In this document: positions 52,546 to 63,170 of the stretch, in pieces
Numbering within the stretch: position 1 is the stretch's first letter
Layout of the letters: each line of letters starts with the position of its first letter
Assembly (NCBI RefSeq): GCF_006345805.1
Contig: NC_042997.1
Coordinates: 91,636,001 to 91,700,000, forward strand
Source of the DNA: Octopus sinensis
Taxonomy: Eukaryota
Length of the DNA: 64,000 nucleotides
Direction: 5' to 3'
Program-made: the position numbers and the translations under genes
The notes under the pieces: model-generated
Database searches by the model: none
What the model saw: the letters and a program-made list of their open reading frames with translations, nothing else
What the model was told of the DNA's origin: nothing

Positions 52546-52867
52546 CTTGTATTTTTGTATATTCATGACAACAATATGCAATGTGTCCTTATTTGTAGGA
52601 AATTTGATATTTCTTGCAAGTTAAACGATCGTAATGGCTGTTGAAATGATGGTGGTTTGGTGGTGGTGGTGGTGGAGGTTGGAAGTTGAAAATGTCAACA
52701 GCAATATGACATAAATGGAATTTTCCAGAATTGAATGAAATTAAAACGGAATTTCTCAGTCACATTACTATCATTGCCTCAAGCTGCAAATGGTCTTAAT
52801 CTGCATACTCACCATTCAGCTCTCATCCTACGGATTTTCATAATACGCAGATATGCTCATGTGTATT

Positions 52868-52944
<77 letters not shown>

Positions 52945-53420
52945 CGTGCGTGCGTATGTGTGCGGGTGTGTATGCGTGCATTTATATATGTGTGTGTGTG
53001 TATATAATATATATACATACATATATATGCATGATTGTATGTATGTATAGTTGTATGTATTGAGGAAATAAATCACCTGTAATTCCTACCTCATTAATAA
53101 GTGAAGTAATTAATACGAACACAAACAACATACTTATAAACAAAATGGCTTATGCGCGTGTGTATATATATATGTGTGTGTGTATGTATATATACACATA
53201 TATACAAACATACATGCATCCATGCGTACAACTACATTTATAGATACACGCTCACAAACTCTCACACTCATATACAGGGTATTAACAGATTGATGTTATT
53301 AAGTGACAACACAGGTGTTACATTATTAACAGGTGACTATCTTAGCAGTTGGTTTTTGTTTTGGCTATCATTCTCTGTTGTGAGTGTGTGTATATTATCA
53401 TCTCGTCTACCGTCTGCACA

Positions 53421-53435
53421 ATGGAAGGGCCATGA
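53421..53435 (+). promoter_or_regulatory. uORF (MEGP*) whose TGA overlaps the main ATG (ATGA)
   Basis: ATG GAA GGG CCA TGA at 53421-53435; main-ORF ATG at 53432-53434. Confidence 0.4.
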
Positions 53436-53711
53436 GGAAATACTACCGACTTAACAATTCCACTGGTCTGTCTAAGGAACAGCTATTGCTTCACACGATC
53501 TCAGAGTTCAGTGACCTTACCACACCAAACCGTCCAGCGGTGTCGACAGTACCCCACGAATCTACCATATTTCTCGCCATTCTACTCGCTATTACTGCAT
53601 GCATGATGGTTATTTTGGGATTTCTGACATTTCGTGTCTTCCAGCGGTATTGGGTCATTCGAGAAGAAGAACGGTTTATTGAAGAAGCTCATGCAGCTAT
53701 TGTCCAAGCTG
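53432..53711 (+). CDS. Small single-pass membrane protein, coding exon 1 (orphan)
   Basis: ATG at 53432 with an in-frame upstream stop (53381-53383). MRKYYRLNNSTG...ESTIFLAILLAITACMMVILGFLTFRVFQRYW...IVQA, with a 22-aa hydrophobic segment followed by basic residues. Consensus G|GTAAGT donor at 53712 (phase 1). Candidate upstream acceptor at 53331-53332. Confidence 0.7.
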
Positions 53712-54249
53712 GTAAGTTACTACTGGATCTCGCTGCCTTCCTTGTCATCGTTGTCTGTTTTGCCTTCACTTTTGAAGATGTCATCAGTGTGATCTTTTTC
53801 ACACGATGGACATGAATAATGGGTCTTCGCCTTCTTAGCGGGATATCAAACGAATTGGATGCGGCTAGTGTTGTTTATGTTAAATTTTAAATTATTTCAA
53901 ATTATTACTGAAGAAGAACATAAGAATAGGAGGGTTGGTTCCAGAGAAATACAACCTAGTGGACAAGCAGCTGTGCAAAGTCTTTAGTATGGAACCTAGA
54001 ATATGACAGCACTGAAGGTAAAAAGATAACGTGGCGAAAATGCTAAAGAGGTAGATAAAATTGTTTCCGTGTATAGTACAAAATCTTTCATCCTCAAGTC
54101 TTGATATGTTTCAACAACAAACGTACAATGTGCACCGGTCCTAATCATAACATAAACACAACGACAAAAACAAACAAACAAAACAACAAAGAAACGATAA
54201 AACATTAGTTATAGGGAAACCTGCTTAACTTTACGAAAACCAAACCAAT

Positions 54250-55560
54250 GAGCAAGTAAAATATGGGAAGTTTTTCGACTGCACAACATATAGTGTGTAG
54301 TTCGCTATTTTGTGCTATATATAGTTAATTGTAACTGGTTTGGGGAAGACTTTGGGGACCTAGACTGAGCTGTCACAATCCCTGATGGATCTAATGTATT
54401 ACTTGTACACTATTGTAATTATTTCCTTCTGTTGATCAAAAGTGTCACTTGAGATGGCTCTATGTTCGTGTGTCGTTTTGTTTTCTTCAGTCCGTCATCA
54501 GTGTACGTTTTGAAAGTTGTAAATTTGTATCGTATTTCGAATGCTAAGACTTACGAGTATATTTTTGTATCCTGTGGTATGTCTATGTCGTCGAATATGA
54601 TTATTTGTTGTATTTGATATTCTCTGGTGTTGCTGGTAACAATCGAGAATGTGGATTAGGTCATTATTGTTGTTGCAAAGGTAGTTTTCTAGTTGATTTA
54701 AGTAGGGTTGGGGAGAAATGAAGAATAATGGGAGGATATAAATTGGATGCCACCAGCGTATTGGGCTGTCTATATATACAGGTTGCAGAGAGTGGACGAG
54801 ATGAGAGATCCTTGCGGCTCTCTGTTCGGGAAATTGCAGGTTCTGGAAGTGTTGTTGGCCTGATCAGTAGTTTTGTGTTTCATGATGTGTGTGTTTTGAG
54901 TATTTTTTTGTTTGTTTGTTTTTGTATGAATGAATATCGAGTAATGGAGTGGAAAGGGTTGTGGTAAATTTTTACAATCACACCTCCACGCTTTTCACTA
55001 AAAAAAAAAAAAAAATCAGATTTTCTGCGTGGAATCAACTAACCTGACCTCCTAATGTCCCGCAAACCGCTTATTTTGGTTCGGGAAAAAAGAGGTGTGT
55101 GGGAAACCGCCCCCTCCCCGGAATTATAGGAATTTCTTTTTCGTTCAATGAATTACGGTGCCACAATTCACTGTGTCACAAAACACTGTTTTTGTCCAGA
55201 AAAGGAGGGTGGTGTGGGATAGAACCCTCGGGGCCCTCCACCATTTTCACGGTTTGTTGATTTTGACTAGGCGGTACTGGAGGCTTTGATGTTGAAGTCA
55301 TCGTATTTTTTGTGTTAAGGTTGTGAGTAGGTCGATGGTTGAGTGTAGGGGTCTGGATCCGAGTTGTGATTTCGAGATGGTAACATGTAAGTTAAGGATA
55401 CCAAGGATTAACCTTTCTAGAATTTTTTTAACGTATGCATAAGAGGTTAATGGATCTGTATGATTTTGCTTCAATTGGGTTTTGATGGGATTTTAGAGTT
55501 CTTATAAGTTTACTCAGATTCCAGAATTTGATAATGTTAGTACGAATAATTTTAAGTGTG
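54250..55560 (-). mobile_element. Decayed Jockey/I-type LINE RT, antisense in the intron of the membrane-protein gene
   Basis: Minus strand KSYRSINLLC..KILERLIL..SQLGSRPLHST and PQGSLISSTLCNLYI..QYAGGI (degenerate YADD); interrupted by about 250 bp at 55000-55260. Confidence 0.7.
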
Positions 55561-55840
55561 AGTGAGTGCTGTGATTCCTTCAAACCCTTGGTAGCTTAAG
55601 CGTGTGTTTTTGATATTGTAAGATTTCCGTATTTTTAAACATCTCTAATGGAAGAAAAAGTACAAAATTGTAGTCTAAATTTAAGGTGCTTATTTTTGCT
55701 GTGTATTTTGTTTTGCGTTGGAACCTTCTTATTTCTTTTAAAGTTTGCGAACACGTTTTGCCTTAGTCATTGATGTGTGTGTGTGTTGTGATGATAATAG
55801 GTAGCTGAGAAGAGGGAAGTCGGGGAATTGTTTGCTGCTG

Positions 55841-57082
55841 ATTGTGGTTGCAAAGCGAAGGGTGATCTCTGAGGAATAGTTGCTGCAGTTGGCTTGTGCG
55901 TATTGGTGTGACACCGCCTCAGAGAATTTTTAGTCGAACAAATCAACCACAGCACTTTTTTAAAGCCTGGTACTTATTCTATCGGTCTCTTTTGCCAAAT
56001 CGCTATGTTACAGAATTGTAAACACATTAGCACCTTATCAAGTGGTGGTGGGGAACAAACAAACAAATAAACACACACACACGCTGCATATATATATATA
56101 TATATATAAATATAGGGATGGTATTATTAAAATACCATCAAAAGTGGTAAGCGAATTGTCAGCCATGCAGGCAAATTAATAAAATATTTACATACAATAT
56201 TAGATATGTACATATATACACAAGGGTACTACATGAGTACCAATATCGCTAATGATAGAAGTCAAAAAATACTTCTGTACCACCGAATAGTCACAAATCT
56301 ATTACAGACAAGATAGGAAAAAATGTCAGTGAACAATAATAATGTCTTACATCAAATGGGTCAGAACAAGTAAATGCTGGTCAACCTGGTACCTATATAT
56401 AGTCAATCCAAACATGAACAAGCAAGGAAAAACAACAACGCGAGGACGTGGAATAAATACAGTGGTATTGGACGCTCAGGAAAGGAAAGAAAAGAAAGAG
56501 GTTTTCACGTTTCGAGCGGAGCTCTACATCAGAAATATAGAAAAAGTCTATAGAAGGGAAGACGGAGAAAGAAAATCGCCAACTATATATACATACGACA
56601 GGCTTATTTCAGTTTCCGTCTACCGAATCCACTCACAAGGCTCGAGGCTATAGTAGAAGACACTTGCCGAAACTACCACGCAGTGGGATTGACTAAATCC
56701 GGAACTATGTGGTTGGGAAGCAAGCTTCTAACGACACAGGCGTGGCTATTAAATAAAGTTTACCAGATTTATTTTCCTTCCGCCCTGGCAGTAACTTTGG
56801 ATCATTAGCGAAGAAAATTTCCTTAACTGCTTGCATCTATATGGCTAACTATCTGTTGTACATGTTATACTATACCACATTAAAACCAAAACCAAAACCT
56901 AACAGAAAAATCTAAACCAGCGGTTCGGTAAAAGACACCGACAGAATAAATACCAGACTTTAAAAAAGTGCTGCGGTCGATTCGTTCAACTAAAAATTCT
57001 CTGAGGCGGTGTCACACCAATACGCACAAGCCAACTGCAGCAACTCTTCCCCAGAGATCACCCTTCGCTTCGCAACCACAAT
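55841..57082. repeat. Inverted repeat A/A' (163-bp arms, about 900-bp spacer)
   Basis: 55841..56003 versus the reverse complement of 56920..57082: about 14 mismatches. Confidence 0.85.
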
Positions 57083-57234
57083 ATTTTATAATCTAATATT
57101 TTGTTGGTTTAGACGTTTATGTTATATCTGGAGATCTATACAGGTTAGGTTTTAGCTTTAATATAGCATAGTTTATCATGTGCAACAGATAGCGATATAT
57201 ATGCAAGCAGATGAGGAAATTTTCTTCGCTGATG
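56803..57234. mobile_element. MITE-like inverted repeat B/B' (about 90-100 bp arms)
   Basis: cattagcgaagaaaatttcc...aaaacctaac (56803..56903) is mirrored by gttaggtttt...ggaaattttcttcgctgatg (57144..57234). Confidence 0.7.
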
Positions 57235-57614
57235 GAGTTGCTATAGTCAACTACATAAGATGCCTTCTCAGTTCTTAGTAATGGTTTCCTATCCGTTTAC
57301 TGACACATTGTGCTTTTAAATAGAGTAACCAATTTATTTGCTTTAATCTACTTTACTTGCAATCAAATACTAAGATATGTCAGAAATATTATGATGCGGA
57401 AGACAATGAGAAAACTTGGAGTTTACTATCGAATTAGTTATGCCCGAGGGACTTTAAACGGGGTTAAAAGATAAGACATGTAGGTTATAATTTTGTATGT
57501 CAACTGGAAATTTGAATTTGTTTACGATTGGAGGATCTAAAATGGGGTTATGGGAAGGAAAATATTGGCTTATTTATTTGTTTTTCTATATTCTTTTTTC
57601 CTTCTCGTTTTCAG

Positions 57615-57700
57615 ATCTAGAAGCAGCTGTTCCCATTTCTGAACCAATTACGTGGACTCCAATACGACAACCAAGGAGATTGTCAGAACCCAATAGATAG
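57615..57700 (+). CDS. Small single-pass membrane protein, terminal coding exon
   Basis: Long pyrimidine tract plus tttcAG acceptor; phase 1 matches the 53711 donor. (D)LEAAVPISEPITWTPIRQPRRLSEPNR*. Total 121 aa. Confidence 0.65.
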
Positions 57701-58944
57701 GGATATGCTAACCTATTTCTCAGCAGCGATAGATTAGCATGACTTGTCAGAACATTGCATGTGTTATTCTGCCCGTGTGACTTCATGTTCTCCGAAACAG
57801 TACCAACTAATCATTAACAACCGAGTGAACCATCAGCTATGCACTGGAATTGATAAGTTCTTTCTACTACCATATTCGTCAGATCATGCATACAAAACGA
57901 AAAAAAAAATCGGTTGAGAAAAAAACAAGCATATCTGTTTTTGATGTGGCTTGTTATGATGGCATAATATTTCAAGGATCGGAGTATCTCGAGATGTTCA
58001 TATTTTAACCAAAGGCTCGAGCAATAAAATGAAAGTATCGGCGCCTGAACCGTGAATCGAAACTGTAACACCAGGCTTCCATATTCTATTATCAATACTT
58101 TACTTCAGGTTTTCATTCACTTCACTGTCAATCACTTTATTATTGTTTTTTAAACATATCCATACTCGACAACTTGCTCATATTAATTTTGTTGGGGCGA
58201 GGAGTCTAATTTGTGACAGTAATTAACTTCTATGAGTTTGAATTAAGTTCATTGAATTCCAAAGATAGCTGACTGTACACAACGATATACTGATTCTTTT
58301 TGATTAAACAAGATGGCTCTTTATTTTAAGAGAAGTGGTAAGAGGTTATTTTTATAATTTTCCCCCATGAACTTTATCAGGGAGTTCATGGGGAAAAGTG
58401 AAATATTCTTCGATTAGGTAGCTAAACTTGACTTGCAAGGAACTTGTTCTTCTATGGCACTTACCTTGAACATAGCAATTTATTACAGAAACTATCTTTC
58501 TATTTCCCCATAATGTTTCCGGTGAAAAGTTCCTCTTTAAATGCTTTTTTCCCCTGATTCTCGCATTTGCAGGTTTCTGTACCTATAGAAAAAGTTTTCG
58601 AAATTGTGGGTTCTAAAAACATCCCAGATTAAAATGTTTATGTATAAAAAATTTAATTTCTCTTTCGTTATTTCAGAATACAGCGATGTAAATATTTTAA
58701 AATCCAGTATATTGCAACGTAAAATTTAAGCTTCTGTGACTGATTTTTAGATGAAAAAAAAACAAACAAAAAGCAAAAAACAAAACAAAAAAACAAACAA
58801 ACAGAAATGTTGTATTAAAACTGACACTAAAGTCTGATTATTATAAATACTAAGACCTAACTCGTATAGAGTGTGAGTTGTATTTTTTAATACAAGCATA
58901 AAGTTTTAGATATTTAGGCTGAGAGATGAATAGAAGGTTAAATA

Positions 58945-60175
58945 CGAGGGTCAGCTGAGGGTCTGCTGAAAAGTTCATAGGCTGACTAAAATACTCCCAT
59001 AGAATGTGACAAAATGAGGTTTATTTTTCAACATAGTCGTCCTTGCGGTCCATACACTTCTTCCACCATTGGTATTGCAGTACTTGGATCCTATTGGTGA
59101 AGAAGCTTTCATCTTGTTCGTCAAAAAAGACATCAACAGCAGATAAGACGTTGTCATCATTGCGATACTGGTTCTCAGCCATCTGTATTTTCATGTTGAG
59201 GAACCGATTATAGTCAGATGGGACAAAATCAGGAGAAAAAGGAAGGTGATCAACCAGTTCAAAGCCACAGTCACGCACAACAGCCATTGGAACGAAGGGC
59301 TTGTGTCCTGATGAAACAAGGCACCTTTCGTCAGTTTTCCTGGACGTTTGGTCTTCAAAACCTTTCTTAACTGCATCAGCAAGTTGGCATAATTGTGACC
59401 TTTTTGATGATAGTAAATAAACACAATGCTTTTTGCATCTCAAAAAACTGAGGCCATCCTCGCAGATGAAACGACCTTTGCCTTTTTTGGAGCAGGCGAA
59501 GAGGGGAGTTTTCAGTGCATGGATTATCTGTTTGTCTCTGGCATAAAGTTATGAACCAAATACTCATCTTGGGTTGAGAAGTGTCCAAGGAAACCAGCTG
59601 GATCTGCCTCAGATAACGTCATATATTGCCGTGATGTAATAAACCTGGTGCGCTTTTGATCAGGTGTCAGAAGACGTGGTCTCCATTGAGCAGAAACGTT
59701 CGTCATATTAAGTTCATTGTGCAGACTATTCTCAACTTTCTCATGGAGTATACTAACAGCATTGGCTATTTGATTTATAGTCAATCACCTATCATCCATC
59801 AGTATGTAGTGAACACGATCATTGTTTTCCTCGGTGGTGGCAGTTGCAGGATATCCAAACATCGGGTCATCTTCAGACTCCTCTTTCCTCTCCTAAATTC
59901 AGTTGCTCACTTTTGCTCTCTTGTTAAACCTGCAGTATCATTCTCTAATGTAACAACCATGTCAGTTTGAATATCCTTGGGGGTTAAACACTTTTTCTGC
60001 ATGACGAAGTCAAATTTTGTCGATTTTCAAGAGAAGTCGCTACTACTTATTTTAGAACAGTCAGATGTCAGTTTACCTGGAAAGAAACAATGCAGGGTTG
60101 AAATTAATGCATGCAAGATTTCATAGCTCTCGCATCACTCCTTCATACTCAGCCTATGAAAACAGCCCACCCTCG
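58945..60175 (-). mobile_element. Decayed mariner transposon
   Basis: TA flanks and TIRs starting CGAGGG..TTCATAGGCTGA at both ends. Transposase remnants VSAQWRPRLLTPDQK (WVPHEL-like), TQDE, LFHQD, HLPFSPDFVPSDY (YSPDL-like); stops and frameshifts. Confidence 0.9.
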
Positions 60176-60441
60176 TATAATTGTTTTCTGCAAAGGGCAT
60201 CAAAGACTTATCTAAATCGGTTCGAGTTCAAAGGGAAGTCTGAGTTCAGAAACAGTGAAATTAACTCTGAAATTTGGCATTGGTGGATGACAACTGAAGA
60301 CGTGACTGGACCACAACGGTGACAAATTTCTGGCACTCATCGTATTCCATTGTTTGTGGACAGAAATAAAGGGATAGTTTGCTCAAAAGAAAGATAGATA
60401 AAAGAAAACACACCAAGAACTGATAATCGACTAAAGAAATA

Positions 60442-60447
60442 TTTATT
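60442..60447 (-). terminator. Candidate polyadenylation signal of the carboxypeptidase gene
   Basis: AATAAA on the minus strand about 125 nt downstream of the TAA stop. Confidence 0.35.
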
Positions 60448-60571
60448 TCTATTTGAGACCAGTGCAAAGACAGAAACTACAACCAGCATTAGAAGAAATA
60501 ACAGATATTACAGATGGGGATATCTTGAAACGATGTTTGTTCTGATATGTTCTCCAGAAGAGGTCGAGTGG

Positions 60572-60816
60572 TTATGCGCGACGTCTACGAGATCTCCGCC
60601 GTCTCTTTGTTCTTCGTTTACGTTGTCGCCGTGACTTTTTAGAAAGACCCTGAGCAAAAGCTTTCAGCCCGACGAATGTCTCCTGACAGGTTTTTGGTAT
60701 GAGTTTCCGTGGAAGCAAGAAACCATAATGTCCAAGATCACGTAATTCAACAGTGTAAGCATATTTGATGCCATGGTTCGCTTTGGCATAGTCATCTGAA
60801 GCACCACTTGCAATAT
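60572..60816 (-). CDS. M14A metallocarboxypeptidase (carboxypeptidase B-like), terminal exon with Arg-rich tail; missed by the ORF track
   Basis: Minus-strand ctgttgtAG acceptor, phase 1. (Y)IASGASDDYAKANHGIKYAYTVELRDLGHYGFLLPRKLIPKTCQETFVGL...KKSRRQRKRRTKRRRRSRRRRA*. Contains the Y248, D255, E270 (ELRD) and YGFLLP equivalents. Confidence 0.92.
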
Positions 60817-60953
60817 CTACAACAGATAAATTTCAATTTAAAAATTAAAATATTCTAATAAATGGAGTTTATGGTATAGTGTTAACAGCTAATGGTTGAT
60901 AATTTAAACTGTATGAAACGTATTGACCTCTTCTTTCATTAGTACACATATTG

Positions 60954-60995
<42 letters not shown>

Positions 60996-60997
<2 letters not shown>

Positions 60998-61385
60998 CGT
61001 TTAGCTTTTACTTGTCTTTTACAGTTTTTAGACTGCGGCCATGCTGGGGCACCACCATGAAGGGTTTAGTGGAACAAATCGACCCCTATACGTATTTTTA
61101 AAGCCTAGTACTAATTCTGTCGGTTTCTTTTTGCCGAACCGCTAAGTTACGCAGCTGTAAACAAACCATCACCGGGTGTTAAGTGGTGGCTAAAAATTTA
61201 AACTGTATGAAACGTATTGACCTCCTTTTTACAAAAATGCAATTCGACGATGACTTTGCTGGTTGAAACTTCGAAGTCACTATGAATGATATTCTTGTTG
61301 AAGAACAATAAATTTGTACTCTACGAAAGTAAAGAGTAACCAATCAGAATAATGTAAAATTGTTTTTATTGTAACTGAACTTACA

Positions 61386-61447
<62 letters not shown>

Positions 61448-61461
61448 TACACACACACACT

Positions 61462-61510
<49 letters not shown>

Positions 61511-61524
61511 GTGTGTGTGTGTGT

Positions 61525-61555
<31 letters not shown>

Positions 61556-61943
61556 CGTTTAGCTTTTACTTGTCTTTTACAGTTTTTAGACTGCGGCCAT
61601 GCTGGGGCACCACCATGAAGGGTTTAGTGGAACAAATCGACCCCTATACGTATTTTTAAAGCCTAGTACTAATTCTGTCGGTTTCTTTTTGCCGAACCGC
61701 TAAGTTACGCAGCTGTAAACAAACCATCACCGGGTGTTAAGTGGTGGCTAAAAATTTAAACTGTATGAAACGTATTGACCTCCTTTTTACAAAAATGCAA
61801 TTCGACGATGACTTTGCTGGTTGAAACTTCGAAGTCACTATGAATGATATTCTTGTTGAAGAACAATAAATTTGTACTCTACGAAAGTAAAGAGTAACCA
61901 ATCAGAATAATGTAAAATTGTTTTTATTGTAACTGAACTTACA

Positions 61944-62015
<72 letters not shown>

Positions 62016-62029
62016 TACACACACACACT

Positions 62030-62100
<71 letters not shown>
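60996..62100. repeat. 558-bp tandem duplication
   Basis: Units start at 60996 and 61554; the non-microsatellite sequence reads identical and only the TA/TG tract lengths differ. Confidence 0.9.
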
Positions 62101-62116
<16 letters not shown>

Positions 62117-62134
62117 ATGTATGTGTGTGTGTGA

Positions 62135-62168
<34 letters not shown>

Positions 62169-62256
62169 ATATATACATATACATGTGTGCGCGCGTGTGT
62201 ATGTCGTGCAGCTACTATTTATATCTCGCTCAGACATTTATTATTGCTATATATAT

Positions 62257-62303
<47 letters not shown>

Positions 62304-62796
62304 ATATATTATACAAACATACATACATACATACGCACAAATGTAAGGTGTTTATCCTTTATAATATGTTACTCAGAAGAGCGTTTGCTCTATTTTATAA
62401 TGTTCACATTATCTTTACATATTCTTAGTCTTTACAAAATATTGGTTTTTGTAAAGGCTCAGAATGAAGATGGAATAATTTTCGGAAAAAGTTTTAATAT
62501 GTAAGCAATTTTTGTTATGACAGACATTCGTCTGTGTATATACGAGAGTGAATATACACAAGAATATCACACCAAGTATCAACTACATCTATAATGAAAT
62601 CCAAGCTGTTAGGATGGAAGTGTTTGATATACATTGATATTAAAATAACGTAAATTACAATTGTTATGATCGGTATTGTGACGTAATATGTTTACTGTAT
62701 TAGAAGGAAGGTTATTTCCCACAGCTACGCCTTTGTAAGGAGGATTGTTTCTATAGCGACAGTGATGTAATAGAAACTCTTTAAGATAAAACTTAC

Positions 62797-62881
62797 ATAG
62801 AATACGTGCCGACGAACCAACCTGGTAACGGGTGTTGGAATAATGACGAATGGCGTTGGTAGCTCGAAGGGCCAGACGGTT
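62797..62881 (-). CDS. M14A metallocarboxypeptidase (carboxypeptidase B-like), penultimate exon; missed by the ORF track
   Basis: Minus-strand tttttcttttttAG acceptor and GTAAGT donor. NRLALRATNAIRHYSNTRYQVGSSARIL + T, phase 0/1, corresponding to the helix and Y-x-x-G segment preceding Tyr248 in CPA/CPB enzymes. Confidence 0.88.
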
Positions 62882-62964
62882 CTAAAAAAGAAAAATAAGA
62901 AAGGAATTAAAAGAGTGAGAAATAGTGAAATATAATTGGAAATGTATAAAATGCATCAATATAG

Positions 62965-63170
62965 AAAGGTGGCGAGCTGGCAGAATCGTTACCGCGCCGG
63001 AAAAAATGCTCAGCGGCATTTCGCCCGTCTTTGCGTTCTGAGTTCCACCGAGGTCGACTTTACCTTTCATCCTTTAGGAGTCAATAAAATAAGTACCAGT
63101 TGAATACTGGGGTCCATGTAATCGACTTACCCCGAACTTGCTGGTTTTATGCCAAAATTTGAAAACAAAA
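62965..63170 (+). mobile_element. tRNA-derived SINE
   Basis: aggtggcgagctggcagaatcgtt family copy; another copy at 63870..64000 (-). Confidence 0.8.

Noticed and set aside
52804-52860. Perfect minus-strand donor ATG|GTGAGT
   Set aside because: No acceptor or coherent ORF could be linked to it.
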